Positions 16,791 through 24,396 of a stretch of DNA of 32,000 bases are shown here, one piece after another. A program made the position numbers and the translations under genes. Source of the stretch: Gammaproteobacteria bacterium (GTDB lineage Bacteria; Pseudomonadota; Gammaproteobacteria; S012-40). The stretch's first letter is position 1; each line of letters opens with the position of its first letter. The notes under the pieces are model-generated. The model was not told the DNA's origin and did no database searches. It saw nothing but the letters and a program-made list of their open reading frames with translations. The stretch is taken from the NCBI GenBank assembly GCA_029881255.1, contig JAOUMY010000004.1, forward strand, positions 53,313 to 85,312, given 5' to 3'.

Positions 16791-17357
16791 TCAGGCAATA
16801 TATCGCCGCGACACTTCAGGCCAGTCATATTCGCGTAACTCTTTTTCCAAAGCCTGCGCCTGGTGGCGTTCGCGCAAACTACGCATTAAACAGGTGCGTG
16901 ATTGAAACATCATCATGGCTTCCAGCGGATTAAATTTCATTCCCTCTATAAATAGCAACATGATAGCATCGTGTATGCCAGGAAATTGTTCGAATCGTTT
17001 CAAGGTCTCTTCATGGACTTCATCCCACTCCTCATTTGAGTCGTGACACCAACCGAGTGTATGAAAGATCGGTGGAAGTAGCAGCAGTAGGTTCGGGAAT
17101 CGAATTTCCGCAGGCATAAAAACCACACGACGGATAGAGAAGGAAATGGCATAACTCAGTGGGAGATACAATTGAGCATTGTCTTCTAACAGAGTAAGAG
17201 TGTTCGCCTGCAACAGGTCTTCAACCAGGTCAGCCAGATCTTCCGCACTTTGGGCATGTGAAAGCGCTACGAAGGTTTGATTGACAAAGGCGAGGGGGTT
17301 TTGTGTGTATTCGTATCGTGGCTTTGTATCAAGAGTGTTTTCATCAACGGTAATCAT
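16791..17357 (-). CDS. Hypothetical protein (no recognisable domain)
   Basis: 188-aa ORF with an ATG start, convergent with the FliG-like gene. Mostly helical-looking acidic protein. I recognised no family. Confidence 0.5.
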   Translation of the reverse strand: MITVDENTLDTKPRYEYTQNPLAFVNQTFVALSHAQSAEDLADLVEDLLQANTLTLLEDNAQLYLPLSYAISFSIRRVVFMPAEIRFPNLLLLLPPIFHTLGWCHDSNEEWDEVHEETLKRFEQFPGIHDAIMLLFIEGMKFNPLEAMMMFQSRTCLMRSLRERHQAQALEKELREYDWPEVSRRYIA

Positions 17358-17464
17358 GACATCCTCGCAAAGTTTGCAGCTACGTTAGTAGTGTAATAGC
17401 AGCACTTATGCCATTTCTGAGGATGGTGATATGTCTAGTGATTACAATGGGATAAAGAATGTAA

Positions 17465-17512
17465 GCAGCACCTCGCCAGCGAGAGAGGAGGAGGGAGAAG
17501 GCAAGGTGCTGC
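17465..17512 (-). terminator. Long imperfect hairpin downstream of the HEAT-repeat gene (possible terminator or RNA element)
   Basis: GCAGCACCTCGCC (17465-17477) pairs with GGCAAGGTGCTGC (17500-17512): 12 of 13 bp with one C/A mismatch. The stem encloses a 22-nt purine-rich loop (AGCGAGAGAGGAGGAGGGAGAA on the plus strand). On the minus strand it lies 17 nt after the stop at 17529 and is followed by TTACATTCTTTAT, which is only moderately T-rich. The loop is large for a canonical intrinsic terminator. Confidence 0.3.
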
Positions 17513-17528
17513 CGCTTGCTAGGTGAAA

Positions 17529-17939
17529 CTAACCCATCTGAGGTGACAGCCTTTCCAAGGCCTCAGAGGCGTAGATACGTACTTTCTGACTCGTGTCACT
17601 CAATGCCTGGATCAAGGCCGGTCGGCAAAGCTGGGCAATAGGTGCGATATTACGCAGCGCGCGCGCGGCGGCGATACGTAACGCAGTTTCACCGTCTCTA
17701 AGGGTATGCACCAAGGCCGGTAGGGCTGGCGATGCCTGTTCACCTAACATACCAATAATGTCAAAGCATATGCTTCGCATGAGCGGATCGTTGTCGTTTA
17801 AGGCTTTGTCGGCTAGTTCGCAAACACTATTGTTATCCAACGGGCTGATCTGAGCCAGATATCTTGCAGTTTCCTGCTCTCGTTGCCTGAAATCGGTGTC
17901 TTCCATTGTTGTCATTTCATGTACCTCGTTTGTGCACAT
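17529..17939 (-). CDS. HEAT-repeat protein
   Basis: 136 aa. Tandem HEAT/PBS-lyase-like repeats: DPLMRSICFDIIGMLGEQASPALPALVHTLRDGETALRIAAARALRNIAPIAQLCRPALIQALSDTSQKVRIYASEALERL. Several candidate Met starts. Confidence 0.7.
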   Translation of the reverse strand: MCTNEVHEMTTMEDTDFRQREQETARYLAQISPLDNNSVCELADKALNDNDPLMRSICFDIIGMLGEQASPALPALVHTLRDGETALRIAAARALRNIAPIAQLCRPALIQALSDTSQKVRIYASEALERLSPQMG

Positions 17940-18087
17940 ATCCCGATAGAGCTCATCTATAGTTCAAGCATAGAGCCAGGTTTGTTGGAAAGCTGTGAGT
18001 TTCTTCACAAGGAACACGAATTTTTTTGCAATAAGTTCCCAAAAGACTCAGTACTGCCTCAGACTCTAGTTTGGGTTGGGTGTCGCA

Positions 18088-18870
18088 ATGTGGTTTAATG
18101 TTGTCACAACAAACGACTGGGAATTACGGATGGCAGGCGGGCGCAGGAAATTTGCTCTATTATTTGCCTTGTTTGGCAGCTTTCGTGATCTCGCCCCCAT
18201 CATTTTAGTTGTCGCCTTTTTTCAGTTGCTGGTGTTGCAGCAACCCATTCCTAATATGACCGATATCATCATCGGCGCGTTACTCGTGGCAGTTGGTCTC
18301 ACGCTATTTATTCAGGGCCTTGAGCAGGGTTTGTTTCCCATCGGAGAAAGTATGGCCTACGCCTTTGCGCGTAAGGGCAGTCTCTTTTGGTTACTGGCAT
18401 TCGCTTTCGCTCTGGGATTTGGCACTACCGTAGCGGAACCTGCGTTAATCGCCGTGGCTAAAGAAGCTGCTGCAGTCGCAGCCGGCGGCGGTGTCATTGA
18501 AAATACAGACGAGGCGAAGAGTGATTATGCCTATGGACTTCGGCTTACAGTGGCCTTGTCAGTCGGCGTGGCGATTGTGCTCGGGGTGTGGCGCATACTT
18601 AAGGGCTGGCCTATCCACTACATGATAGTCGTCGGATACATAGGTGTCGTCATCATGACAGCATTTGCGCCTAAAGAGATCATTGGTATTGCTTATGATT
18701 CTGGCGGTGTTACCACTTCGACTATTACCGTACCTTTAGTGACAGCACTCGGTGTTGGCCTGGCCTCCAGCATTAAGGGGCGTAATCCCATGATCGATGG
18801 ATTTGGGCTTATCGCCTTTGCTTCCTTATTACCCATGATATTTGTCATGGGGTACGGGATGTTGTTCTGA
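18088..18870 (+). CDS. DUF1538-family integral membrane protein (paralog 1)
   Basis: Polytopic membrane protein sharing blocks with the next gene ([68 protein letters not shown]). I recall these blocks as DUF1538. The ORF track starts at TTG 18076. ATG 18088 and ATG 18130 (MAGGRRKF, which aligns best with the paralog N-terminus) are alternatives. Confidence 0.8.
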   Translation: MWFNVVTTNDWELRMAGGRRKFALLFALFGSFRDLAPIILVVAFFQLLVLQQPIPNMTDIIIGALLVAVGLTLFIQGLEQGLFPIGESMAYAFARKGSLFWLLAFAFALGFGTTVAEPALIAVAKEAAAVAAGGGVIENTDEAKSDYAYGLRLTVALSVGVAIVLGVWRILKGWPIHYMIVVGYIGVVIMTAFAPKEIIGIAYDSGGVTTSTITVPLVTALGVGLASSIKGRNPMIDGFGLIAFASLLPMIFVMGYGMLF

Positions 18871-19664
18871 TGGAACTGATATTACAAATACTATCGACTT
18901 TACTCGCCACTATCGGTGATGTGTTACCGATCGCAGCCATCATCTTTGGCTTTCAATTTCTGGTTATACGCAAACCCGTTCCTCAACTAAAACGCGTCCT
19001 GGTGGGATTTGTCTATGTCCTGCTTGGCTTAGCGCTTTTCCTTGTTGGATTGGAAAAGGCCTTGTTCCCACTCGGCAAGTTAATGGCGCAACAATTGACA
19101 GATCCTGAATTTATTTCAAGAGGAATGGACGTAGTTACAACAGCGTTGTCCTGGCAGGACTACAAATGGGTATACATTTTTGCCTTTGCCATCGGATTTT
19201 CCACCACGATTGCCGAGCCATCTTTGATTGCGGTAGCCATTAAGGCACAGGAAGTGTCCGGTGGAACCATAAGTGTGTGGGGTTTGCGCATAGCCGTAGG
19301 TCTGGGAGTGGCCATAGGGATTGCCCTGGGTACCTTCCGTATCGTAACGGGTACACCTTTGCACTTTTATATTATTTCCGGCTATATCGTGGTCGTCATC
19401 CAGACCTTTTACGCACCGCGCATGATAATCGCCTTGGCATACGACTCTGGCGGGGTTACAACGTCGACTGTGACGGTACCATTAGTAGCTGCGCTGGGAT
19501 TGGGTTTGGCCAATACCGTGCCGGGGCGCAGCCCGCTGCTGGACGGATTTGGTCTAATTGCCTTTGCCAGTTTATTCCCCATGATGACAGTCATGGGCTA
19601 CGCGCAGTTTTCAGACTGGCGTTCCAAACAAAACAGGAAACGATATACGGAAGGAGGGAAGTAA
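18870..19664 (+). CDS. DUF1538-family integral membrane protein (paralog 2)
   Basis: 264 aa. It has the same conserved blocks as paralog 1 ([68 protein letters not shown]). Its start overlaps the upstream stop (TGATG). Confidence 0.8.
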   Translation: MELILQILSTLLATIGDVLPIAAIIFGFQFLVIRKPVPQLKRVLVGFVYVLLGLALFLVGLEKALFPLGKLMAQQLTDPEFISRGMDVVTTALSWQDYKWVYIFAFAIGFSTTIAEPSLIAVAIKAQEVSGGTISVWGLRIAVGLGVAIGIALGTFRIVTGTPLHFYIISGYIVVVIQTFYAPRMIIALAYDSGGVTTSTVTVPLVAALGLGLANTVPGRSPLLDGFGLIAFASLFPMMTVMGYAQFSDWRSKQNRKRYTEGGK

Positions 19665-20014
19665 TGCATTTTAAATTAATTATTGCACTGATCGAGGACG
19701 ACAAAACTGAGGCCGTGCTCGAAGCTGCCCGCAAGCAGGGCGCGACTGGGGCCACGATTATCAATCACACGCGTGGCGAGGGCTTGGTTCCAACCAAGAC
19801 ATTCCTGGGCTTGTCATTGGAAACTCAGCGGGACATGTTGATGTTTCTGGTCGAGGAACATTTGTGCCGAAAAATTCTTGAGACGATTGCGGAAGTCGCA
19901 AGATTCGATGTGGATTCGGGGGCGGGAATCGCCTTTCAGATAAATGTTGAAGATGCAGTGGGGGTGTCTCATCAGGTCAGTCAATTGTCAAAATTGGTGG
20001 AGGATAATCTATGA
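19664..20014 (+). CDS. PII-like (GlnB-fold) signal-transduction protein
   Basis: This 116-aa reading frame is the 3' part of track ORF 19277..20014. The true start is the ATG at 19664, preceded by AAGGAGGG and overlapping the upstream stop (TAATG). The sequence MHFKLIIALIEDDKTEAVLEAARKQGATGATIINHTRGEG...MLMFLVEEHLCRKILETI has the beta-alpha-beta PII layout, with a loop at the T-loop position. Confidence 0.65.
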   Translation: MHFKLIIALIEDDKTEAVLEAARKQGATGATIINHTRGEGLVPTKTFLGLSLETQRDMLMFLVEEHLCRKILETIAEVARFDVDSGAGIAFQINVEDAVGVSHQVSQLSKLVEDNL

Positions 20015-20412
20015 GTGAGAAAGCGCCGATCAAAGTCAGAGATGTGATGAAGGCAGAGTTCGATGTAGTCGATGGTATGGCGACGATTGATCAGGCAGTG
20101 GAACGTATGCAGCATGTCGATACTAAATGTTTAATTGTCGACAAACGACACGAAAACGACGAGTACGGCATTCTTCTGTTGTCAGATATTGCGCGTAAGG
20201 TATTGGCCAGAGATCTTGCTATGGATCGAGTCAATGTCTACGAAATCATGGCCAAGCCAGTCTTACATGTGGACCCGGAAATGGATATACGTTACTGCGC
20301 GCGTTTTCTCGATCGCTTTGATTTGTCGCGTGCGCCAGTTGTGGAAAACCGCAAAGTCATTGGCATCGTAAGTTATACCGATTTGGTATTGAAAGGATTG
20401 TGTCGGAAATAG
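20011..20412 (+). CDS. CBS-domain pair protein
   Basis: 133 aa. Two CBS-like modules: VRDVMKAEFDVVDGMATIDQAVERMQHVDTKCLIVDK and VYEIMAKPVLHVDPEMDIRYCARFLDRFDLSRAPVVENRKVIGIVSYTDLV. Its start overlaps the PII-like stop (ATGA). Confidence 0.85.
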   Translation: MSEKAPIKVRDVMKAEFDVVDGMATIDQAVERMQHVDTKCLIVDKRHENDEYGILLLSDIARKVLARDLAMDRVNVYEIMAKPVLHVDPEMDIRYCARFLDRFDLSRAPVVENRKVIGIVSYTDLVLKGLCRK

Positions 20413-20419
20413 GTGTTGA

Positions 20420-20857
20420 TCAGGCGGTGCTGGCGCGAGGAGCCTGCAATCCGGCCCGTTTGTCGTTGTAGTATTGTTGTATGGCGTTTAAATGTTGAGG
20501 GTCCACTTTTACAATTCGCAATACGATGTAGTGTTGATTATTACGTATATGCTTGTGAGTCACCGTAGCCAGGACACAAATCTTCTTGATTGCATTTCCC
20601 AGATGCAAAGAAAATTGCACCTTATAAGGTGTTCCGGTTGTCAACGGAACCTGGTGGAGTATGCCAATTCTTTTCATCGAAATATTTGTCAAATCGCTGC
20701 GAAAATGTGTACCGTCTTTTGAATAAAGATGTGCCGTGCGATTTACAGGTACCGGTAATTGTTGTTGTGTTGCGCCAGACATATTCCAGGTTTTCCACAA
20801 AAAATGTATGTCTCTATTTCGGTATACGCCACCAAAATAAGAGTCCAAATGTATCAA
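20420..20857 (-). CDS. PilZ-like domain protein with degenerate c-di-GMP-binding motifs
   Basis: The layout is colinear with PilZ beta-barrel domains: VNRTAHLYSKDGTHFRSDLTNISMKRIGIL...YKVQFSLHL...ATVTHKH...YIVLRIVKVDPQHLNAIQQYY. The RxxxR motif is absent (NRTAH), and the D/NxSxxG motif is altered (NISMKRIG). The start is uncertain: TTG at 20857 or ATG at 20782 (MSGATQQ). Confidence 0.4.
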   Translation of the reverse strand: MIHLDSYFGGVYRNRDIHFLWKTWNMSGATQQQLPVPVNRTAHLYSKDGTHFRSDLTNISMKRIGILHQVPLTTGTPYKVQFSLHLGNAIKKICVLATVTHKHIRNNQHYIVLRIVKVDPQHLNAIQQYYNDKRAGLQAPRASTA

Positions 20858-20990
20858 ATTGTGAAGTGCTAGGCGTTCGCTGCAAGCCCTTGCCTGAGCG
20901 GAAATTTACTGCCCCAAAAAAACCATTCTAAGTTGTTCGAATATATATAACTAAATGTTTAATAAGAGAAAAATGGCTTGGTAACGAGAG

Positions 20991-21006
20991 TGGCACAGTG
21001 CGTGCT
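20991..21006 (+). promoter_or_regulatory. Candidate sigma-54 (RpoN) -24/-12 promoter
   Basis: TGGCACAGTGCGTGCT compared with the consensus TGGCACG-N4-TTGCW. GG and GC are correctly spaced and there is only one core mismatch (G for T at -15). It lies about 38 nt upstream of the ATG at 21044. Confidence 0.45.
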
Positions 21007-21043
21007 GAAACTGGAACCAGGTCACACTTTTAATGAGCTAAAT

Positions 21044-21514
21044 ATGTCTGAGATGAATATGGCACCGCAACTAGATCGTTTGTTGTCGCAACTGGAAAAT
21101 CTAAGCCCTAAACCTGTACACGGTGCTTTGGCCAGCTCAACGCGGCTGATGTCGGTGATGTTTGGGTTTAAACTGGTGGAATTGTCACTGGTGTCACTGA
21201 CGATTACAGCACGTACAAAAGGACTGCTACCGGCACCCGACGTTATCAATCAGTCGGAAGGGTTAATCGGCCACACAGAGACACTTTACCGATATGGGTT
21301 GTTAACTTTTGAATCGTACGAGCGTTTGCTACGAATTGAGAATTTTCGCATACAGTGTGATGCGGAATTTTCTTTGCTTTCCAGCAAATTGATAAATTGT
21401 GAGGCTATCCTCGAAGATATTAGTCAGGTATTGCAAAGCACGGAAGAAGTCGTTCAGGAATTTTGTCAGCCATATGCTCACGCGAATAGTGAACACGGCG
21501 CCTCTATTAATTGA
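21044..21514 (+). CDS. Hypothetical helical protein
   Basis: The track ORF is 20978..21514 with a non-ATG start. I prefer the ATG at 21044 (MSEMNMAPQLDRLLSQLENL) because the sigma-54-like promoter sits inside the extended 5' end. I recognised no domain. Confidence 0.5.
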   Translation: MSEMNMAPQLDRLLSQLENLSPKPVHGALASSTRLMSVMFGFKLVELSLVSLTITARTKGLLPAPDVINQSEGLIGHTETLYRYGLLTFESYERLLRIENFRIQCDAEFSLLSSKLINCEAILEDISQVLQSTEEVVQEFCQPYAHANSEHGASIN

Positions 21515-21610
21515 GTGTGTTACTACGCTTTAGCAGGAAACACTTGCACCTGTCGTCATACAGTAGCAAACTAAAAATGTGAAACGGCAATTTGTATGAG
21601 AGGAGTATTG

Positions 21611-21844
21611 ATGAGCGCTAATCTTGTTGATGTAACCATTCACATTGATGAAACTCTGACTTTAGATCAGCAGAATGAAATCGAAACCATGATACGTGAG
21701 GCGAATGGAGTTGTCGGCGTCGGTCATCGCAAGGAACGTGCCCATCTTTTCATTATTGAGTATGATCCGGACGTCATAAATTCCAGTGAAATTCTTGAGG
21801 TAGTGAAAAGTAGTGGCGTGCATGCGGAGCTGATCGGACTCTAG
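21611..21844 (+). CDS. Small hypothetical protein with a predicted ferredoxin-like (HMA-like, Cys-less) beta-alpha-beta-beta-alpha-beta pattern
   Basis: The ATG at 21611 has a GAGGAG Shine-Dalgarno 6 nt upstream, which makes it preferable to the track start at 21596. The sequence MSANLVDVTIHIDETLTLDQQNEIETMIREANGVVGVGHRKERAHLFIIEYDPDVINSSEILEVVKSSGVHAELIGL shows alternating strand and helix propensities but no CxxC metal site. Confidence 0.45.
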   Translation: MSANLVDVTIHIDETLTLDQQNEIETMIREANGVVGVGHRKERAHLFIIEYDPDVINSSEILEVVKSSGVHAELIGL

Positions 21845-21895
21845 TCCAGGGATGTATGGATTTAACGCATCCAGGCTGATTCGGTAAAAGAAAGA

Positions 21896-21911
21896 CTGTA
21901 CATATAAACAG
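21896..21911 (+). promoter_or_regulatory. LexA (SOS) box overlapping a sigma-70-type promoter
   Basis: CTGTACATATAAACAG fits the gammaproteobacterial CTGT-N8-ACAG (CTG-N10-CAG) operator exactly, with an AT-rich spacer. A perfect TATAAT lies at 21919-21924, 37 nt upstream of the helicase ATG at 21961. Confidence 0.7.
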
Positions 21912-21960
21912 GTGTATGTATAATCAGTGGTTCGTCGAAACTGCTGATAGGTGTTGAGTC

Positions 21961-24396
21961 ATGCCACAGGCTTCCGATGGTGCGATTACGCATTTACTGG
22001 AGCGCTTACGTAAACAGTCCGCAAATTGTATTACTGCTGAATTAATACAACCCGCCAATCGTGGCGAATATGCGGACTTTCCAGAGTACCTCGATCCGAG
22101 TCTTGTACGGGCGCTAGAGTCGCGTGGTCTTACGCGCCTGTACAGTCATCAACGCCAGGCACTGGAATATATAAACCAGGGTCTACACACCGTGCTCGTA
22201 ACGCCAACGGCCTCTGGTAAGACGCTTTGTTATAATCTGCCCGTACTCAATAGTGTATTGCGTGATCGCGCGAGGGCACTCTATCTTTTTCCCACCAAGG
22301 CATTGTCTCAGGATCAGGTAGCCGAAATTCTGGAGTTGAACGATTCCGGCGGCTTAGGCGTGCGCGCCTATACTTTCGATGGAGACACGCCAGGGGATGC
22401 GCGCAAGGCGGTACGCGTGCATGGCGACATCGTTGTTTCCAATCCCGATATGTTGCACCAGGGCATATTGCCGCATCACACCAAATGGGCGCAGTTTTTC
22501 GAAACACTGCGTTATATCGTTATCGACGAAATGCATATTTATCGCGGCGTTTTCGGCTCGCATATGGCCAATGTATTGCGCCGTCTGCAACGCATCTGTC
22601 GTTTTTATGGAAGCTCTCCACAATTCATTTTATGTTCCGCCACTATCGCCAATCCTGAGGAATTGGCCACGCGCTTGATTGGACACGAAGTAGTGACAAT
22701 TACCAGGAGTGGGGCGCCACGAGGGGAACGCCGGGTATTGTTGTGGAATCCGCCGGTAATCAATCCCGATCTTGGGATTCGCGCTTCGGCACGATCGCAG
22801 TCTACCCGAATAGCCAAAGAGGCTACGGGGATGGGTTTGAAGAATATTATCTTTGCCCAATCCAGACTAATGGTTGAGGTACTCACCAAATATTTAAAAG
22901 ACAAATTCGACAAAGATCCTCGTCATCGTGCGCGCGTACATGCCTATCGCGGTGGTTATTTGCCTAGCGAACGCAGGGATGCAGAGCAACGCATGCGACG
23001 TGGCGAAGTGGACTGTGTTGTGGCGACCTCGGCGCTGGAACTGGGTGTGGATATCGGTGCTCTGGATGTCTGTATTTTGAACGGATACCCCGGCACTATC
23101 GCAGCGACCTGGCAGCGTATCGGCCGGGCAGGTAGACGCAATCGTCCTTCGTTGGGGGTTCTGGTGGCCAGTAGTCAGGCACTGGATCAATATATTGTTC
23201 GCAATCCGGAGTTTTTTCTCGATGCCTCACCGGAGCATGCGCAGATCGATCCCGATCAGTTGCTGATTTTACTCGATCATGTCCGTTGCGCCGCGTTCGA
23301 ATTGCCATTTCGTGAAGGTGAGCGCTTTTGTGATCGAGGGGTGGAGGATTTTCTGGACTATCTGGAGGACGAGGGGATTTTGCATCACGAGGGTGATCAA
23401 TGGCACTGGATGACCGATGCCTACCCTGCCAATAGTGTAAGTTTGCGTTCCGTGGCGGAAGGCAACTTCGTCGTCATAGACACCACTGGAGGCAAGCAGG
23501 AGATCATCGCCGAAGTGGATTATTCCGCTGCACCACTGACGCTGTATGAAGGTGCAATCTATATGATACAAGCACGCCCGTGGCAGGTTGAACATCTGGA
23601 CTGGGAAGGACGCAAAGCCTTCGTAACGCAAACCCGCGCCGACTACTATACCGATGCCATCGACTACACCAAACTCAAGACGCTGGATCAGTTTGAGTCT
23701 GCATCACTGGGTGAATGTAAAGTCGCGATGGGAGAGGTTCATCTGGTGAGGCGTGTCGCGGGATATAAGAAGATACGCTATTACACTCACGATAATATTG
23801 GATTCGGCAAGGTCAATCTTCCCGATCAGGAAATGCATACCACCGCGGTTTGGTGGCAGGCAAAGCCTGAGAGTCTCGACAATGCCTTCCAAAACCGTTG
23901 GCAGGCCCTGGATGGTTTTCTTGGCGCTGCCTATGCCATGCATCACATTGCCAGTCTGTTGTTGATGTCGCAGCCTCAGGATCTGGGGCGCGCAGTGGGT
24001 AATAGCGATGCTGAGTGGTTGGCAACTGTTGGCGCAAACGGGCGTGGACAAATGAAATCCTTTGCTGGAACCGAAATCAGCGACTCATCGAACGTCGCGG
24101 AGTTTACGCCAACGCTGTTTCTCTACGACAACTTTCCCGGTGGTATAGGTCTGAGCGCGCCGTTGTTTGATAAACGTGAGTTGATTCTGCAGCGTGCGTC
24201 TTCGCTGATCGAAGATTGCGATTGTACTTCTGGATGCCCGGCCTGTATCGGTCCTATCCTCGCCAGTGAAGAGGCGCGAGGCTATTCTCCAAAGACATCT
24301 GCGCGCATGGTGTTGGCGCTGTTTCTTGGACAAGCGCAGGAAGGTTTGTCGATGATGGAAGAAAAGCGCAGAGAAAGGTATGCGCTCAATGGCTAA
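21961..24396 (+). CDS. DEAD/DExH-box helicase with a C-terminal DUF1998-type Cys4 domain (YprA/MrfA-like)
   Basis: 811 aa. SF2 motifs: I VLVTPTASGKTLCY, II IVIDEMHIYRG (DExH), III LCSATIANP, V VATSALELGVDIG, VI WQRIGRAGRR. The C-terminal Cys cluster is CDCTSGCPACIGP, as in MrfA-type helicases. Confidence 0.9.
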   Translation: MPQASDGAITHLLERLRKQSANCITAELIQPANRGEYADFPEYLDPSLVRALESRGLTRLYSHQRQALEYINQGLHTVLVTPTASGKTLCYNLPVLNSVLRDRARALYLFPTKALSQDQVAEILELNDSGGLGVRAYTFDGDTPGDARKAVRVHGDIVVSNPDMLHQGILPHHTKWAQFFETLRYIVIDEMHIYRGVFGSHMANVLRRLQRICRFYGSSPQFILCSATIANPEELATRLIGHEVVTITRSGAPRGERRVLLWNPPVINPDLGIRASARSQSTRIAKEATGMGLKNIIFAQSRLMVEVLTKYLKDKFDKDPRHRARVHAYRGGYLPSERRDAEQRMRRGEVDCVVATSALELGVDIGALDVCILNGYPGTIAATWQRIGRAGRRNRPSLGVLVASSQALDQYIVRNPEFFLDASPEHAQIDPDQLLILLDHVRCAAFELPFREGERFCDRGVEDFLDYLEDEGILHHEGDQWHWMTDAYPANSVSLRSVAEGNFVVIDTTGGKQEIIAEVDYSAAPLTLYEGAIYMIQARPWQVEHLDWEGRKAFVTQTRADYYTDAIDYTKLKTLDQFESASLGECKVAMGEVHLVRRVAGYKKIRYYTHDNIGFGKVNLPDQEMHTTAVWWQAKPESLDNAFQNRWQALDGFLGAAYAMHHIASLLLMSQPQDLGRAVGNSDAEWLATVGANGRGQMKSFAGTEISDSSNVAEFTPTLFLYDNFPGGIGLSAPLFDKRELILQRASSLIEDCDCTSGCPACIGPILASEEARGYSPKTSARMVLALFLGQAQEGLSMMEEKRRERYALNG

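Noticed and set aside
17431-17526. A 31-codon plus-strand ORF (MSSDYNGIKNVSSTSPAREEEGEGKVLPLAR) with a nearby AGGA, located in the 171-bp gap
   Set aside because: It is too short, has no recognisable features, and is largely made of the hairpin sequence described above. There is no way to support it without conservation or ribosome-profiling data.
19277-20014. A 245-aa ORF in the supplied track, which looks like a substantial gene
   Set aside because: Its first 129 codons overlap the second DUF1538 gene out of frame and translate to Arg/Gly-rich nonsense-like sequence. Only the part from the ATG at 19664 looks like a real PII-like protein; that ATG has a strong AAGGAGGG Shine-Dalgarno and a TAATG overlap.
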